Shown: positions 36,401 to 51,400 of the stretch, piece by piece
How the letters are laid out: each line of letters starts with the position of its first letter
Numbering within the stretch: position 1 is the stretch's first letter
Notes under the pieces: model-generated
Seen by the model: the letters and a program-made list of their open reading frames with translations, nothing else
Databases searched by the model: none
What the model was told of the DNA's origin: nothing
Assembly: GCA_038087875.1 (NCBI GenBank)
Contig: JAXLNO010000511.1
Location: 186,001-250,000, forward strand
Direction: 5' to 3'
DNA length: 64,000 bases
DNA from: Malacoraja senta
Lineage: Eukaryota
Program-made: the position numbers and the translations under genes

Positions 36401-39400
36401 TCATTTTCATTGCTTTTCGTGTCTTGAAGGTTCGTCGCTTTCCGCGTGCTGAATTTTCGTCACTTTACGCATGCAGAATTTTAGTTGGTTTTAATGTCCT
36501 GAAGGTTCCTCTCTTTTCACGTGCTGAATTTTCGTCACTTTTTGTATGCTGAATTTTCGTCGCTTTTCGTGTGTTGATATTTCGCCGCTTTTCATGTTCT
36601 GAAATTTCGCCGCTTTTCACGTTCTGAAATTACGTCGCTTTATGCGTCCTGATGTTTCGTCGCTTTCCGCATGCTGAATTTCCATCGCTTTTCATGTGCT
36701 GAAATTTCGCTGCTTTTCACGTTCAGAAATTTCGTCACATTATGCATCGCTTTATTAGTCCTGATTTCGTCGCTTTTCGCATGCTGAATTTTCGTCACTT
36801 GTCATCTGCTGAAAATTCGTCGCTTTTCACGTCCTGAAATTTCGTCACTTTTCGCGTGCAGAATTATTGTCGTTTTCGCGTGCAGAATTTTTGTCGCTTT
36901 TCACGTCGTGATGGTTCATCAATTTTCGTGTGCCGAAATGTTGTCGCATTTCGTCTCCTGAAATGTTGTCGCTTCATGTATCCTGAACTTTTGTCGCATT
37001 TCGCATATTGAATTTACATCGCTTTTGACATTTTAAATTTCCGTCGCCTTTCGCGTTCTGAAAGTTCATCACTTTTCGCGTGCTGAATTTTCGTCGCGTT
37101 TCGCGTGTTGAAATTTCGTCGCTTTTCATGTTCTGAAATTTCGTCGCTTTATGCGTCCTGTAATTTCATTGCTTTTCGCATGGTGAATTTTCATCGCCTT
37201 TCACATCCTGAAATTTCGTCGGTTTATTCGTCCTGATATTACGTCGCTTTTCACTTGCTGAATTTTGGTCGCTTTTTGCATGCTGAATTTGCGTCCCTTT
37301 TCGCGTGCTGAAATTTCGTCGCCTTATTCGTCCTGATATTACGTCGCTTTTCGCGTGCTGAATTTTTGTCGCTTTATTGTATGCTGAATTTTCGTTGCTG
37401 TTTGTGTGCTTCATTTTCATTACTTTTCGCGTCTTGAAGGTTCGTCGCTTTTCGCATGCTGAATTTTCATCGCTTTTCGCATGCTGAAATTTCGTCGCCT
37501 TATTCGTACTGATATTACGTCGCTTTTCGCGTGCTGAATTTTAGTTGCTTTTTGCATGCTGAATTTTCATCGCTTTTCGCGTCTTGAAGGTTCGTCACTT
37601 TTGCATGCTGAATTTTCGTCGCTTTTCGCGTGATGAAATTTCGTCAGCTTTCATGTCCTGAAATTTCGTTGCCTTTCTCATCCTGAAATTTCGTCGCTTT
37701 ATGCGTCCTGAAATTACGTCGCTTTTCGCGTGCTGAATTTTTAATGCTTTTTGCATGCTGAATTTTCATCGCTTTTTGCGTGCTAAATTTTCGTCAATTT
37801 TCACGTTCTGAACTTTAGTCACTTTTCGCATGGGGAATTTCCATCGCTTTTCGTGTCATGAAGGTTTGTCGCTTTTCGCGTGCTGAATTTTCGTCACTTT
37901 ACGTGTGCAGAATTTTAGTTGGTTTTAATCTCCTGAAGGTTCCTCTATTTTCGCGTGCTGAATTTCCGTCACTTTTCGTATGCTTAATTTTCATCGCTTT
38001 TCATGTGTTGAAATTTCGCCGCTTTTCACGTTCTGAAATTTCGCCGCTTTTCACGTTCTGAAATTACGTCGCATTATGCGTCCTGGTGTTTTGTCACTTT
38101 CCGCATACTGAATTTTCGACGCTTTTTGTGTGCTGAAATTTTGGCACTTTACTTGTGCTAAAATTTCTTCGCTTTTCATGTTCTGAAATTTCGTCGCTTT
38201 ATGCATCCTGTAATTTCGTCGCGTTTTGCATGGTGAATTTTCGTCGCTTTTTGTGTGCTGAAATGTTGGCACTTTTTGTGTGCTGAAATATCGTCGCTTT
38301 TCATGTTCTGAAATTTCGTCGCTTTATGTGTCCTGTAATTTCGTCGCGTTTCATGTCCTGAAGGATCGTCGCTTTTCACGTCCTGAAGGATCGTCACTTT
38401 TCGCGTGCTGAATTTTCGTCGCCTTATTCGTCCTGATATTACGGCGCCTTTCGCGTGCTGAATTTTTGTTGCTTTTTGCATGCTGAAGTTTCGTCGCTTT
38501 TTGCGTGCTTCATTTTCATTGCTTTTCGTGTCTTGAAGGTTCGTCGCTTTACGCGTGCTGAATTTTCGTCACTTTACGCGTGCAGAATTTTAGTTGGTTT
38601 TAATGTCCTGAAGGTTCCTCTCTTTTCACGTGCTGAATTTTCGTCACTTTTTGTATGCTGAATTTTCGTCGCTTTTCGTGTGTTGATATTTCGCCGCTTT
38701 TCATGTTCTGAAATTTCGCCGCTTTTCACGTTCTGAAATTACGTCGCTTTATGCGTCCTGATGTTTCGTCGCTTTCCGCATGCTGAATTTCCATCGCTTT
38801 TCATGTGCTGAAATTTCGCTGCTTTTCACGTTCAGAAATTTCGTCACATTATGCATCGCTTTATTAGTCCTGATTTCATCGCTTTTCGCATGCTGAATTT
38901 TCGTCACTTGTCATCTGCTGAAAATTCGTCGCTTTTCACGTCCTGAAATTTCGTCACTTTTCGCGTGCAGAATTATTGTCGTTTTCGCGTGCAGAATTTT
39001 TGTCGCTTTTCACGTCCTGATGGTTCATCAATTTTCGTGTGCCGAAATGTTGTCGCATTTCGTCTCCTGAAATGTTGTCGCTTCATGTATCCTGAACTTT
39101 TGTCGCATTTCGCATATTGAATTTACATCGCTTTTGACATTTTAAATTTCCGTCGCCTTTCGCGTTCTGAAAGTTCGTCACTTTTCGCGTGCTGAATTAT
39201 CGTCGCGTTTCGCGTGTTGAAATTTCGTCGCTTTTCATGTTCTGAAATTTCGTCGCTTTATGCGTCCTGTAATTTCATTGCTTTTCGCATGGTGAATTTT
39301 CATCGCCTTTCACATCCTGAAATTTCGTCGGTTTATTCGTCCTGATATTACGTCGCTTTTCACTTGCTGAATTTTGGTCGCTTTTTGCATGCTGAATTTG

Positions 39401-42400
39401 CGTCCCTTTTCGCGTGCTGAAATTTCGTCGCCTTATTCGTCCTGATATTACGTCGCTTTTCGCGTGCTGAATTTTTGTCGCTTTATTGTATGCTGAATTT
39501 TCGTTGCTGTTTGTGTGCTTCATTTTCATTGCTTTTCGCGTCTTGAAGGTTCGTCGCTTTTCGCATGCTGAATTTTCATCGCTTTTCGCATGCTGAAATT
39601 TCGTCGCCTTATTCGTACTGATATTACGTCGCTTTTCGCGTGCTGAATTTTAGTTGCTTTTTGCATGCTGAATTTTCATCGCTTTTCGCGTCTTGAAGGT
39701 TCGTCACTTTTGCATGCTGAATTTTCGTCGCTTTTCGCGTGATGAAATTTCGTCAGCTTTCATGTCCTGAAATTTCGTTGCCTTTCTCATCCTGAAATTT
39801 CGTCGCTTTATGCGTCCTGAAATTACGTCGCTTTTCACGTGCTGAATTTTTAATGCTTTTTGCATGCTGAATTTTCATCGCTTTTTGCGTGCTAAATTTT
39901 CGTCAATTTTCACGTTCTGAACTTTAGTCACTTTTCGCATGGGGAATTTCCATCGCTTTTCGTGTCATGAAGGTTTGTCGCTTTTCGCGTGCTGAATTTT
40001 CGTCACTTTACGTGTGCAGAATTTTAGTTGGTTTTAATCTCCTGAAGGTTCCTCTCTTTTCGCGTGCTGAATTTTCGTCACTTTTCGTATGCTTAATTTT
40101 CATCGCTTTTCATGTGTTGAAATTTCGCCGCTTTTCACGTTCTGAAATTTCGCCGCTTTTCACGTTCTGAAATTACGTCGCTTTATGCGTCCTGGTGTTT
40201 TGTCACTTTCCGCATACTGAATTTTCAACGCTTTTTGTGTGCTGAAATTTTGGCACTTTACTTGTGCTAAAATTTCTTCGCTTTTCATGTTCTGAAATTT
40301 CGTCGCTTTATGCGTCCTGTAATTTCGTCGCGTTTTGCATGGTGAATTTTCGTCGCTTTTTGTGTGCTGAAATGTTGGCACTTTTTGTGTGCTGAAATAT
40401 CGTCGCTTTTCATGTTCTGAAATTTCGTCGCTTTATGTGTCCTGTAATTTCGTCGCGTTTCATGTCCTGAAGGATCGTCGCTTTTCACGTCCTGAAGGAT
40501 CGTCACTTTTCGCGTGCTGAATTTTCGTCGCCTTATTCGTCCTGATATTACGGCGCCTTTCGCGTGCTGAATTTTTGTTGCTTTTTGCATGCTGAAGTTT
40601 CGTCGCTTTTTGCGTGCTTCATTTTCATTGCTTTTCGTGTCTTGAAGGTTCGTCGCTTTACGCGTGCTGAATTTTCGTCACTTTACGCGTGCAGAATTTT
40701 AGTTGGTTTTAATGTCCTGAAGGTTCCTCTCTTTTCACGTGCTGAATTTTCGTCACTTTTTGTATGCTGAATTTTCGTCGCTTTTCGTGTGTTGATATTT
40801 CGCCGCTTTTCATGTTCTGAAATTTCGCCGCTTTTCACGTTCTGAAATTACGTCGCTTTATGCGTCCTGATGTTTCGTCGCTTTCCGCATGCTGAATTTC
40901 CATCGCTTTTCATGTGCTGAAATTTCGCCGCTTTTCACGTTCAGAAATTTCGTCACATTATGCATCGCTTTATTAGTCCAGATTTCGTCGCTTTTTGCAT
41001 GCTGAATTTTCGTCACTTGTCATCTGCTGAAAATTCGTCGCTTTTCACGTCCTGAAATTTCGTCACTTTTCGCGTGCAGAATTATTGTCGTTTTCGCGTG
41101 CAGAATTTTTGTCGCTTTTCACGTCGTGCTGGTTCATCAATTTTCGTGTGCCGAAATGTTGTCGCATTTCGTCTCCTGAAATGTTGTCGCTTCATGTATC
41201 CTGAACTTTTGTCGCATTTCGCATATTGAATTTACATCGCTTTTGACATTTTAAATTTCCGTCGCCTTTCGCGTTCTGAAGGTTCGTCACTTTTCGCGTG
41301 CTGAATTTTCGTCGCGTTTCGCGTGTTGAAATTTCGTCGCTTTTCATGTTCTGAAATTTCGTCGCATTATGCGTCCTGTAACTTCATTGCTTTTCGCATG
41401 GTGAATTTTCATCGCCTTTCACATCCTGAAATTTCGTCGGTTTATTCGTCCTGATATTACGTCGCTTTTCACTTGCTGAATTTTGGTCGCTTTTTGCATG
41501 CTGAATTTGCGTCCCTTTTCGCGTGCTGAAATTTCGTCGCCTTATTCGTCCTGATATTACGTCGCTTTTCGCGTGCTGAATTTTTGTCGCTTTATTGTAT
41601 GCTGAATTTTCGTTGCTGTTTGTGTGCTTCATTTTCATTGCTGTTCGCGTCTTGAAGGTTCGTTGCTTTTCGCATGCTGAATTTTCATCGCTTTTCGCAT
41701 GCTGAAATTTCGTCGCCTTATTCGTACTGATATTACGTCGCTTTTCGCGTGCTGAATTTTAGTTGCTTTTTGCATGCTGAATTTTCATCGCTTTTCGCGT
41801 GCTAAATTTTCGTCACTTTTCACGTTCTGCATGCGGAATTTCCGTCACTTTACGCGTGCAGAATTTTAGTTGGTTTTAACGTCCTGCAGGTTCCTCTCTT
41901 TTCACGTGCTGAATTTTCGTCGCTTTTCATATGCAGAATTTTCGTCGCTTTTTCGTGTGTTGAAATTTTGCCCCTTTACACATTCTGAAATTTTGCTGCT
42001 TATCACGTTATGAAATTTCGTTGCTTTATGCGTCCTGATGTTTCGTCGCTTTCCGCATGCTGAATTGTCGTCGCATTTCAGCCATGACCATACTGAATGG
42101 GAGTGCAGGCTCGAAGGGCCAAGTGGCCTACTCCTGCACCTATTTTCTATGTATCTATGTATCTGTTTTGTGTGCTGAAATTTCGGCACTTTTCGTGTGT
42201 TGAAATTTCATCACTTTTCACATGGTGAATTTTCGTCGCTTTTATTATGCTGAAATTTCGTCGCTTTTCACGTCCTGAAATTTCGCCACTTTTCTCGTGC
42301 TGACTTTTCGTCGCTTTTCGCATGGTGAATTTTCGTCACTTTTAGTATGCTGAAATTTCGTCGCTTTATGCGTCCTGTAATTTCGTCGCGTTTCGCATGC

Positions 42401-45400
42401 TGTATTTTGGTCACTTTTTGTGTGCTGAATTTTTGTCGCTTTTCGTGTGCTGATATTTCGTCGCTTTTCATGTCCTGAAGGATCGTCAATTTTCGCATGC
42501 TGAATTTTCGTCGCTTTTCACATGGTGAATTTTCGTCGCTTTTATTATGCTGAAATTTCGTCGCTTTTCACGTCCTGAAATTTTGCCACTTTTCTCGTGC
42601 TGACTTTTCGTCGCTTTACGCATGGTGAATTTTCGTCACTTTTAGTATGCTGAAATTTCGTCGCTTTTCACGTCCTGAAATTTCGTCGCTTTTCGCGTGC
42701 AGAATTCTCGTCGCTTTTCGCGTGCTGAATTTTCGTCGCTTTTCACGTCCTGAAGGTTCATCACTTTTCGTGTGCCGAAATTTTGTCACTTTTGGTCTCC
42801 TGAAATGTTGTCGCTTCATGCATCCTGAACTTATGTCGCATTTCGCATCTTGAATTTACGTCGCTTTTGACATTTAAAATTTTCGTTGCCTTTCGTTGTC
42901 TTGAATGTTCGTCACTTTTCGCGTACTGAATTTTGGTCATTGGTCACATGCTGAATTATCATCGCTTTTTGCGTCCTGGAGGTTTGTCACTTTTCATGTG
43001 CTGACTTTTCATCGCTTTTCACTGGCTGAATTTTCGTCGCTGTTTCTGTGCTTCATTTTCATCACTTTTAGCGTCTTGAAGTTTCATCGCTTTTCGCATG
43101 CTGAATTTTCGTCGCCTTTCGCATGCTGATATTTCGTCGGCTTTCATGTCCTGAAATTTCGTCGCCTTTCACGTCCTGAAATTCCGTTTCTTTATTCATC
43201 CCGATATTATGTCGCTTTTCGCGTGCTGAATTTTCATCGCTCTTCATGTGTTGAAATTTCTATTATGTCGCTTTTCGCATCCTGAAGGTTTGTCTCTTTT
43301 CATGTGGTGAATTTTCCACGGTTTCACAGGCTGAATTTTCATTGCTTCTCACAGGTTGAATTTTCGTCACATTTTCGCGTGCTGAAATTTCGTCACCTTT
43401 CATGTCCTGAAATTTCGTCGCCTTTCACGTCCTGAAATTTCGTCGGTTTATTCGTGCTGATATTACGTCGCTTTTCGCGTGCTGAATTTTTGTCGCTTTT
43501 TGCATGCTGAATTTTCGGCGCTGTTTATGTGCTTCATTTTCTGAATTTGCTGAATTTTGGTCGCTTTTTGCATGCTGAATTTGCATCCCTTTTCGCGTGC
43601 TGAAATTTTGTCGCCTTATTCGTCCTGATATTACGTCGCTTTTCGCGTGCTGAATTTTTGTCGCTTTATTGTATGCTGAATTTTCGTTGCTGTTTGTGTG
43701 CTTCATTTTCATTGCTTTTCGCGTCTTGAAGGTTCGTCGCTTTTCGCATGCTGAATTTTCATCGCTTTTCGCATGCTGAAATTTCGTCGCCTTATTCGTA
43801 CTGATATTACGTCGCTTTTCGCGTGCTGAATTTTAGTTGCTTTTTGCATGCTGAATTTTCATCGCTTTTCGCGTGCTAAATTTTCGTCACTTTTCACGTT
43901 CTGCATGCGGAATTTCCGTCACTTTACGCGTGCAGAATTTTAGTTGGTTTTAACGTCCTGCAGGTTCCTCTCTTTTCACGTGCTGAATTTTCGTCGCTTT
44001 TCATATGCAGAATTTTCGTCGCTTTTTCGTGTGTTGAAATTTCGCCCCTTTACACATTCTGAAATTTTGCTGCTTATCACGTTATGAAATTTCGTTGCTT
44101 TATGCGTCCTGATGTTTCGTCGCTTTCCGCATGCTGAATTGTCGTCGCATTTCAGCCATGACCATACTGAATGGCAGTGCAGGCTCGAAGGGCCGAGTGG
44201 CCTACTCCTGCACCTATTTTCTATGTATCTATGTATCTGTTTTGTGTGCTGAAATTTCGGCACTTTTCGTGTGTTGAAATTTCATCAGTTTTCACATGGT
44301 GAATTTTCGTCGCTTTTATTATGCTGAAATTTCGTCGCTTTTCACGTCCTGAAATTTCGCCACTTTTCTCGTGCTGACTTTTCGTCGCGTTTCGCTTGGT
44401 GAATTTTCGTCACTTTTAGTATGCTGAAATTTCGTCGCTTTATGCGTCCTGTAATTTCGTCGCGTTTCGCATGCTGTATTTTAGTCACTTTTTGTGTGCT
44501 GAATTTTTGTCGCTTTTCGTGTGCTGATATTTCGTCGCTTTTCATGTCCTGAAGGATCGTCACTTTTCGCATGCTGAATTTTCGTCGCTTTTCACATGGT
44601 GAATTTTCGTCGCTTTTATTATGCTGAAATTTCGTCGCTTTTCACGTCCTGAAATTTCGCCACTTTTCTCGTGCTGACTTTTCGTCGCTTTTCGCATGGT
44701 GAATTTTCGTCACTTTTAGTATGCTGAAATTTCGTCGCTTTTCACGTCCTGAAATTTTTGTCGCTTTTCGTGTGTTGATATTTCGTCGCTTTTCATGTCC
44801 TGAAGGATCATCACTTTTCGCATGCTGAATTTTCGTCGCTTTTCACATGGTGAATTTTCGTCGCTTTTATTATGCTGAAATTTCGTCGCTTTTCACGTCC
44901 TGAAATTTCGCCACTTTTCTCGTGCTGACTTTTCGTCGCTTTTCGCATGGTGAATTTTCGTCACTTTTAGTATGCTGAAATTTCGTCGCTTTTCACGTCC
45001 TGAAATTTCGTCACTTTTCGCGTGCAGAATTCTCGTCGCTTTTCGCGTGCTGAATTTTCGTCGCTTTTCACGTCCTGAAGGTTCATCACTTTTCGTGTGC
45101 CGAAATTTTGTCACTTTTGGTCTCCTGAAATGTTGTCGCTTCATGCATCCTGAACTTATGTCGCATTTCGCATCTTGAATTTACGTCGCTTTTGACATTT
45201 AAAATTTTCGTTGCCTTTCGTTGTCTTGAATGTTCGTCACTTTTCGCGTACTGAATTTTGGTCATTGGTCACATGCTGAATTATCATCGCTTTTTGCGTC
45301 CTGAAGGTTTGTCACTTTTCATGTGCTGAATTTTCATCGCTTTTCACTGGCTGAATTTTCGACGCTGTTTGTGTGCTTCATTTTCATCACTTTTAGCGTC

Positions 45401-48400
45401 TTGAAGTTTCGTCGCTTTTCGCATGCTGAATTTTCGTCGCCTTTCGCATGCTGATATTTCGTCGGCTTTCATGTCCTGAAATTTCGTCGCCTTTCACGTC
45501 CTGAAATTCCGTTTCTTTATTCATCCCGATATTATGTCGCTTTTCGCGTGCTGAATTTTCATCGCTCTTCATGTGTTGAAATTTCTATTATGTCGCTTTT
45601 CGCATCCTGAAGGTTTGTCTCTTTTCATGTGGTGAATTTTCCACGGTTTCACAGGCTGAATTTTCATTGCTTCTCACAGGTTGAATTTTCGTCACATTTT
45701 CACGTGCTGAAATTTCGTCACCTTTCATGTCCTGAAATTTCGTCGCCTTTCACGTCCTGAAATTTCGTCGGTTTATTCGTGCTGATATTACGTCGCTTTT
45801 CGCGTGCTGAATTTTTGTCGCTTTTTGCATGCTGAATTTCCGGCGCTGTTTATGTGCTTCATTTTCTGAATTTGCTGAATTTTGGTCGCTTTTTGCATGC
45901 TGAATTTGCGTCCCTTTTCGCGTGCTGAAATTTTGTCGCCTTATTCGTCCTGATATTACGTCGCTTTTCGCGTGCTGAATTTTTGTCGCTTTATTGTATG
46001 CTGAATTTTCGTTGCTGTTTGTGTGCATCATTTTCATTGCTTTTCGCGTCTTGAAGGTTCGTCGCTTTTCGCATGCTGAATTTTCATCGCTTTTCGCATG
46101 CTGAAATTTCGTCGCCTTATTCGTACTGATATTACGTCGCTTTTCGCGTGCTGAATTTTAGTTGCTTTTTGCATGCTGAATTTTCGTCACTTTTAGTATG
46201 CTGAAATTTCGTCGCTTTATGCGTCCTGTAATTTCGTCGCGTTTCGCATGCTGTATTTTAGTCACTTTTTGTGTGCTGAATTTTTGTCGCTTTTCGTGTG
46301 CTGATATTTCGTCGCTTTTCATGTCCTGAAGGATCGTCACTTTTCGCATGCTGAATTTTCGTCGCTTTTCACATGGTGAATTTTCGTCGCTTTTATTATG
46401 CTGAAATTTCGTCGCTTTTCACGTCCTGAAATTTCGCCACTTTTCTCGTGCTGACTTTTCGTCGCTTTTCGCATGGTGAATTTTCGTCACTTTTAGTATG
46501 CTGAAATTTCGTCGCTTTTCACGTCCTGAAATTTTTGTCGCTTTTCGTGTGTTGATATTTCGTCGCTTTTCATGTCCTGAAGGATCGTCACTTTTCGCAT
46601 GCTGAATTTTCGTCGCTTTTCACATGGTGAATTTTCGTCGCTTTTATTATGCTGAAATTTCGTCGCTTTTCACGTCCTGAAATTTCGCCACTTTTCTCGT
46701 GCTGACTTTTCGTCGCTTTTCGCATGGTGAATTTTCGTCACTTTTAGTATGCTGAAATTTCGTCGCTTTTCACGTCCTGAAATTTCGTCACTTTTCGCGT
46801 GCAGAATTCTCGTCGCTTTTCGCGTGCTGAATTTTCGGCGCTTTTCACGTCCTGAAGGTTCATCACTTTTCGTGTGCCGAAATTTTGTCACTTTTGGTCT
46901 CCTGAAATGTTGTCGCTTCATGCATCCTGAACTTATGTCGCATTTCGCATCTTGAATTTACGTCGCTTTTGACATTTAAAATTTTCGTTGCCTTTCGTTG
47001 TCTTGAATGTTCGTCACTTTTCGCGTACTGAATTTTGGTCATTGGTCACATGCTGAATTATCATCGCTTTTTGCGTCCTGAAGGTTTGTCACTTTTCATG
47101 TGCTGAATTTTCATCGCTTTTCACTGGCTGAATTTTCGACGCTGTTTGTGTGCTTCATTTTCATCACTTTTAGCGTCTTGAAGTTTCGTCGCTTTTCGCA
47201 TGCTGAATTTTCGTCGCCTTTCGCATGCTGATATTTCGTCGGCTTTCATGTCCTGAAATTTCGTCGCCTTTCACGTCCTGAAATTCCGTTTCTTTATTCA
47301 TCCTGATATTATGTCGCTTTTCGCGTGCTGAATTTTCATCGCTCTTCATGTGTTGAAATTTCTATTATGTCGCTTTTCGCGTCCTGAAGGTTTGTCACTT
47401 ATCATGTGGTGAATTTTCCACGGTTTCACAGGCTGAATTTTCATTGCTTCTCACAGGTTGAATTTTCGTCACATTTTCGCGTGCTGAAATTTCGTCACCT
47501 TTCATGTCCTGAAATTTCGTCGCCTTTCACGTCCTGCTGTTCGTAGCTTTTCATGTTCTGAAATTTCGTCGCCTTATGCGTCCTGTAATTTCGTCAATTT
47601 TCGCATGCTGAATTTTCATTGCTTTTTGTGAGCTGAAATTTCGGGGCTTTTTACGTGCTGATATTTTGTCACTTTTCACGTCCTGATATTTCGTCACTTT
47701 TGGCGTGCTGAATTTTCATCGCTTTTCATGTCCTGAAGGATCGTCGCTTTTCACGTCCTGAAGGATCGTTGCTTTTCGCGTGCTGAATTTTCGTCGCCTT
47801 ATTCGTCCTGATATTACGTCGCTTTTTGCATGCTGAATTTTCGTCGCTTTTTGCGTGCTTCATTTTCATTGCTTTTCGTGTCTTGAAGGTTCGTCGCTTT
47901 CCTCATGCTGAATTTTTGTCACTTTCGCATGCTTAATTTTTGTCGCTTTTCGCATGCTAAATTTCCGTCGCATTTAACGTTCTGAAATGTAGTCACTTTT
48001 GCCTGCGGAATTTCTGTCGCTTTTCGCCTCCTGAAGGTTTGTCGCTTTACGCGTGCTGAATTTTTGTCACTTTACGCGTGCTGAATTTTCATCGCTTTTC
48101 GCATGTTGAAATCGCGTCACCTTATTCATCCTGAAATTACGTCGCTTTTCGTGTGCTGAAATTTAGTTGCTTTTTGCATGCTGAATTCTCATCGCTTTTT
48201 GCGTGCTAAATTTTGGTCACTTTTCACCTTCTGCGTATGGAATTTCCGTCACTTTACGCGTGCATAATTTTAGTTGGTTTTAACGTCCTGAAGGTTCCTC
48301 TCTTTTCACGTGCTGAATTTTCGTCGCTTTTCGTATGCTGAATTTTCGTCGCTTTTTCGTGTGTTGAAATTTCGCCGCTTTACACTTTCTGAAATTTTGC

Positions 48401-51400
48401 CGCTTATCACATTCTGAAATTTAGTTGCATTATGCGTCCTGATGTTTCGTCGTTTCCGCATGCTGAATTGTCGTCGCATTTCAGCCATGATCATATTGAA
48501 TGGCAGTGCAATGCACCTATTTTCTATGTATCTATGTATCTGTTTTGTGTGCTGAAATTTCGGCACTTTTCGTGTGTTGAAATTTCATCACTTTTCATGT
48601 TCTGAAATTTCGTCACTTTATGCGTCCTGTAATTTCGTCGCCTTTCGCATGCTGTATTTTAGTCGCTTTATGTGTGCTGAAATTTCGTCACTTTTTGTGT
48701 GCTGAATTTTTGTCGCTTTTCGTGTGCTGATATTTCGTCGCTTTTTATGTCCTGAAGGATCGTCACTTTTCGCGTGCTGAATTTTCGTCGCTTTTCACAT
48801 GGTGAATTTTTGTCACTTTTATTATGCTGAAATTTTGTCGCTTTTCACGTCCTGAAATTTCGCCACTTTTCTCGTGCTGACTTTTCGTCGCTTTTCGCAT
48901 TTTTGTCACTTTTCATGTGCTGAATTTTCATCGCTTTTCACAGGCTGAATTTTCGTCGCTTTTCGCGTGCTGAATTTTCGTTGGTTTTAACATCCTGAAG
49001 GTTCCTCTCTTTTCGCATGCTGAATTTTCGTCGCTTTGCGCATGCTGAATTTTCGTCGCTTTTTGCGTGATGAAATTTCGTCGGCTTTCATGTCCTGAAA
49101 TTTCGTCGCCTTACTCATCCTGAAATTTCGTCGCTTTATTCGTCCTGGTATTACGTCGATTTTTTTGTGCTGAAATTTTAATGCTTTTTGCATGCTGAAT
49201 TTTCATCGCTTTTTGCGTGCTAAATTTTCGTCAATTTTCACGTTCTGAACTTTAGTCACTTTTCGCGTGCGGAATTTCCGTCGCTTTTCGCGTCCTGAAG
49301 GTTTGTCGCTTTTCGCATGCTGAATTTTCGTCACTTTACGCGTGCAGAATTTTAGTTGGTTTTAATGTCCTGAAGGTTCCTCTCTTTTCACATGCTGAAT
49401 TTTTGTCAATTTTAGTATGCTGAATTTTCGTTGCTTTTTCGTGTGTTGAAATTTTGCCGCTTTACACGTTCTGAGATTTCGCCGCTTATCACGTTCTGAA
49501 ATTTCGCCGCTTATCACGTTCTGAAATTTCGTTGCTTTATGCGTCCTGATGTTTCGTCATTTCTGCATGCTGCATTGTCGTCGCATTTCAGCCATGATCA
49601 TATTGAATGGCAGTGCAGTGCACCTATTTTCTATGTATCTATGTATCTGTTTTGTGTGCTGAAATTTCGGCACTTTTCGTGTCTTGAAATTTCATCACTT
49701 TTCATGTTCTGAAATTTCGTCGCTTTATGCGTCCTGTAATTTTGTCGCGTTTCGCATGCTGTACTTTAGTCACTTTTTGTGTGCTGAAATTTCGTCACTT
49801 TTTGTGTGCTGAATTTTTGTCGCTTTTCGTGTGCTGATATTTCGTCGCTTTTCATGTCCTGAAGGATCGTCACTTTTCGCGTGCTGAATTTTCGTCGCTT
49901 TTCACATGGTGAATTTTCGTTGCTTTTGTTATGCTGAAATTTCGTCGCTTTTCACGTCCTGAAATTTCGCCACTTTTCTCGTGCTGACTTTTTGTCGCTT
50001 TTCGCATGGTGAATTTTCGTCACTTTTAGTATGCTGAAATTTCGTTGCTTTTCACGTCTTGAAATTTCGTCGCTTTTCGCGTGCAGAATTTTCGTCGCTT
50101 TTCGCGTGATGAAATTTCGTTGTCTTTCATGTCCTGAAATTTTGTCGCCTTTCTCATCCTGAAATTTCGTCGCTTTATTCGTCCTGATATTACGTCGGTT
50201 TTCGCGTGCTGAAATTTTAATGCTTTTTGCATGCTGAATTTTCATCGCTTTTTGCGTGCTAAATTTTCGTCAATTTTCACGTTCTGAACTTTAGTCACTT
50301 TTTGCGTGCGGAATTTCTGTCGCTTTTCGCCTCCTGAAGGTTTGTCGCTTTACGCGTGCTGAATTTTTGTCACTTTACGCGTGCTGAATTTTCGTTGGTT
50401 TTAACGTCCTTTAGGTTCCTCTCTTTTCGCGTGCTGAATTTTCGTCGCTTTCCGCATGCTGAATTTTCGTCGCTTTTCGCGTGATGACATTTCGTCGGCT
50501 TTCATGTCCTGAAATTTCGTCGCCTTTCTCATCCTGAAATTTCGTCGCTTTATTTGTCCTGATATTACGTCGCTTTTCGCGTGCTGAATTTTTAATGCTT
50601 TTTGCATGCTGAATTTTCATCGCTTTTTGCGTGCTAAATTTTCGTCAATTTTCACGTTCTGAACTTTAGTCACTTTTCGCGTGCGGAATTTCCATCGCTT
50701 TTCGCGTCCTGAAGGTTTGTCGCTTTTCGCGTGCTGTATTTTCGTCACCTTACGTGTGCAGAATTTTAGTTGGTTTTAATGTCCTGAAGGTTCCTCTCTT
50801 TTCGCATGCTGAATTTTCGTCGCTTTGCGCATGCTGAATTTTCGTCGCTTTTTGCGTGATGAAATTTCGTCGGCTTTCATGTCCTGAAATTTCGTCGCCT
50901 TACTCATCCTGAAATTTCGTCGCTTTATTCGTCCTGGTATTACGTCGATTTTTGTGTGCTGAATTTTTAATGCTTTTTGCATGCTGAATTTTCATCGCTT
51001 TTTGCGTGCTAAAGTTTCGTCAATTTTCACGTTCTGAACTTTAGTCACTTTTCGCGTGCGGAATTTCCGTCGCTTTTCGCGTCCTGAAGGTTTGTCGCTT
51101 TTCGCATGCTGAATTTTCGTCACTTTACGCGTGCAGAATTTTAGTTGGTTTTAATGTCCTGAAGGTTCCTCTCTTTTCACATGCTGAATTTTTGTCAATT
51201 TTAATATGCTGAATTTTCGTTGCTTTTTCGTGTGTTGAAATTTTGCCGCTTTACACGTTCTGAGATTTCGCCGCTTATCACGTTCTGAAATTTCGCCGCT
51301 TATCACGTTCTGAAATTTCGTTGCTTTATGCGTCCTGATGTTTCGTCATTTCCGCATGCTGCATTGTCGTCGCATTTCAGCCATGATCATATTGAATGGC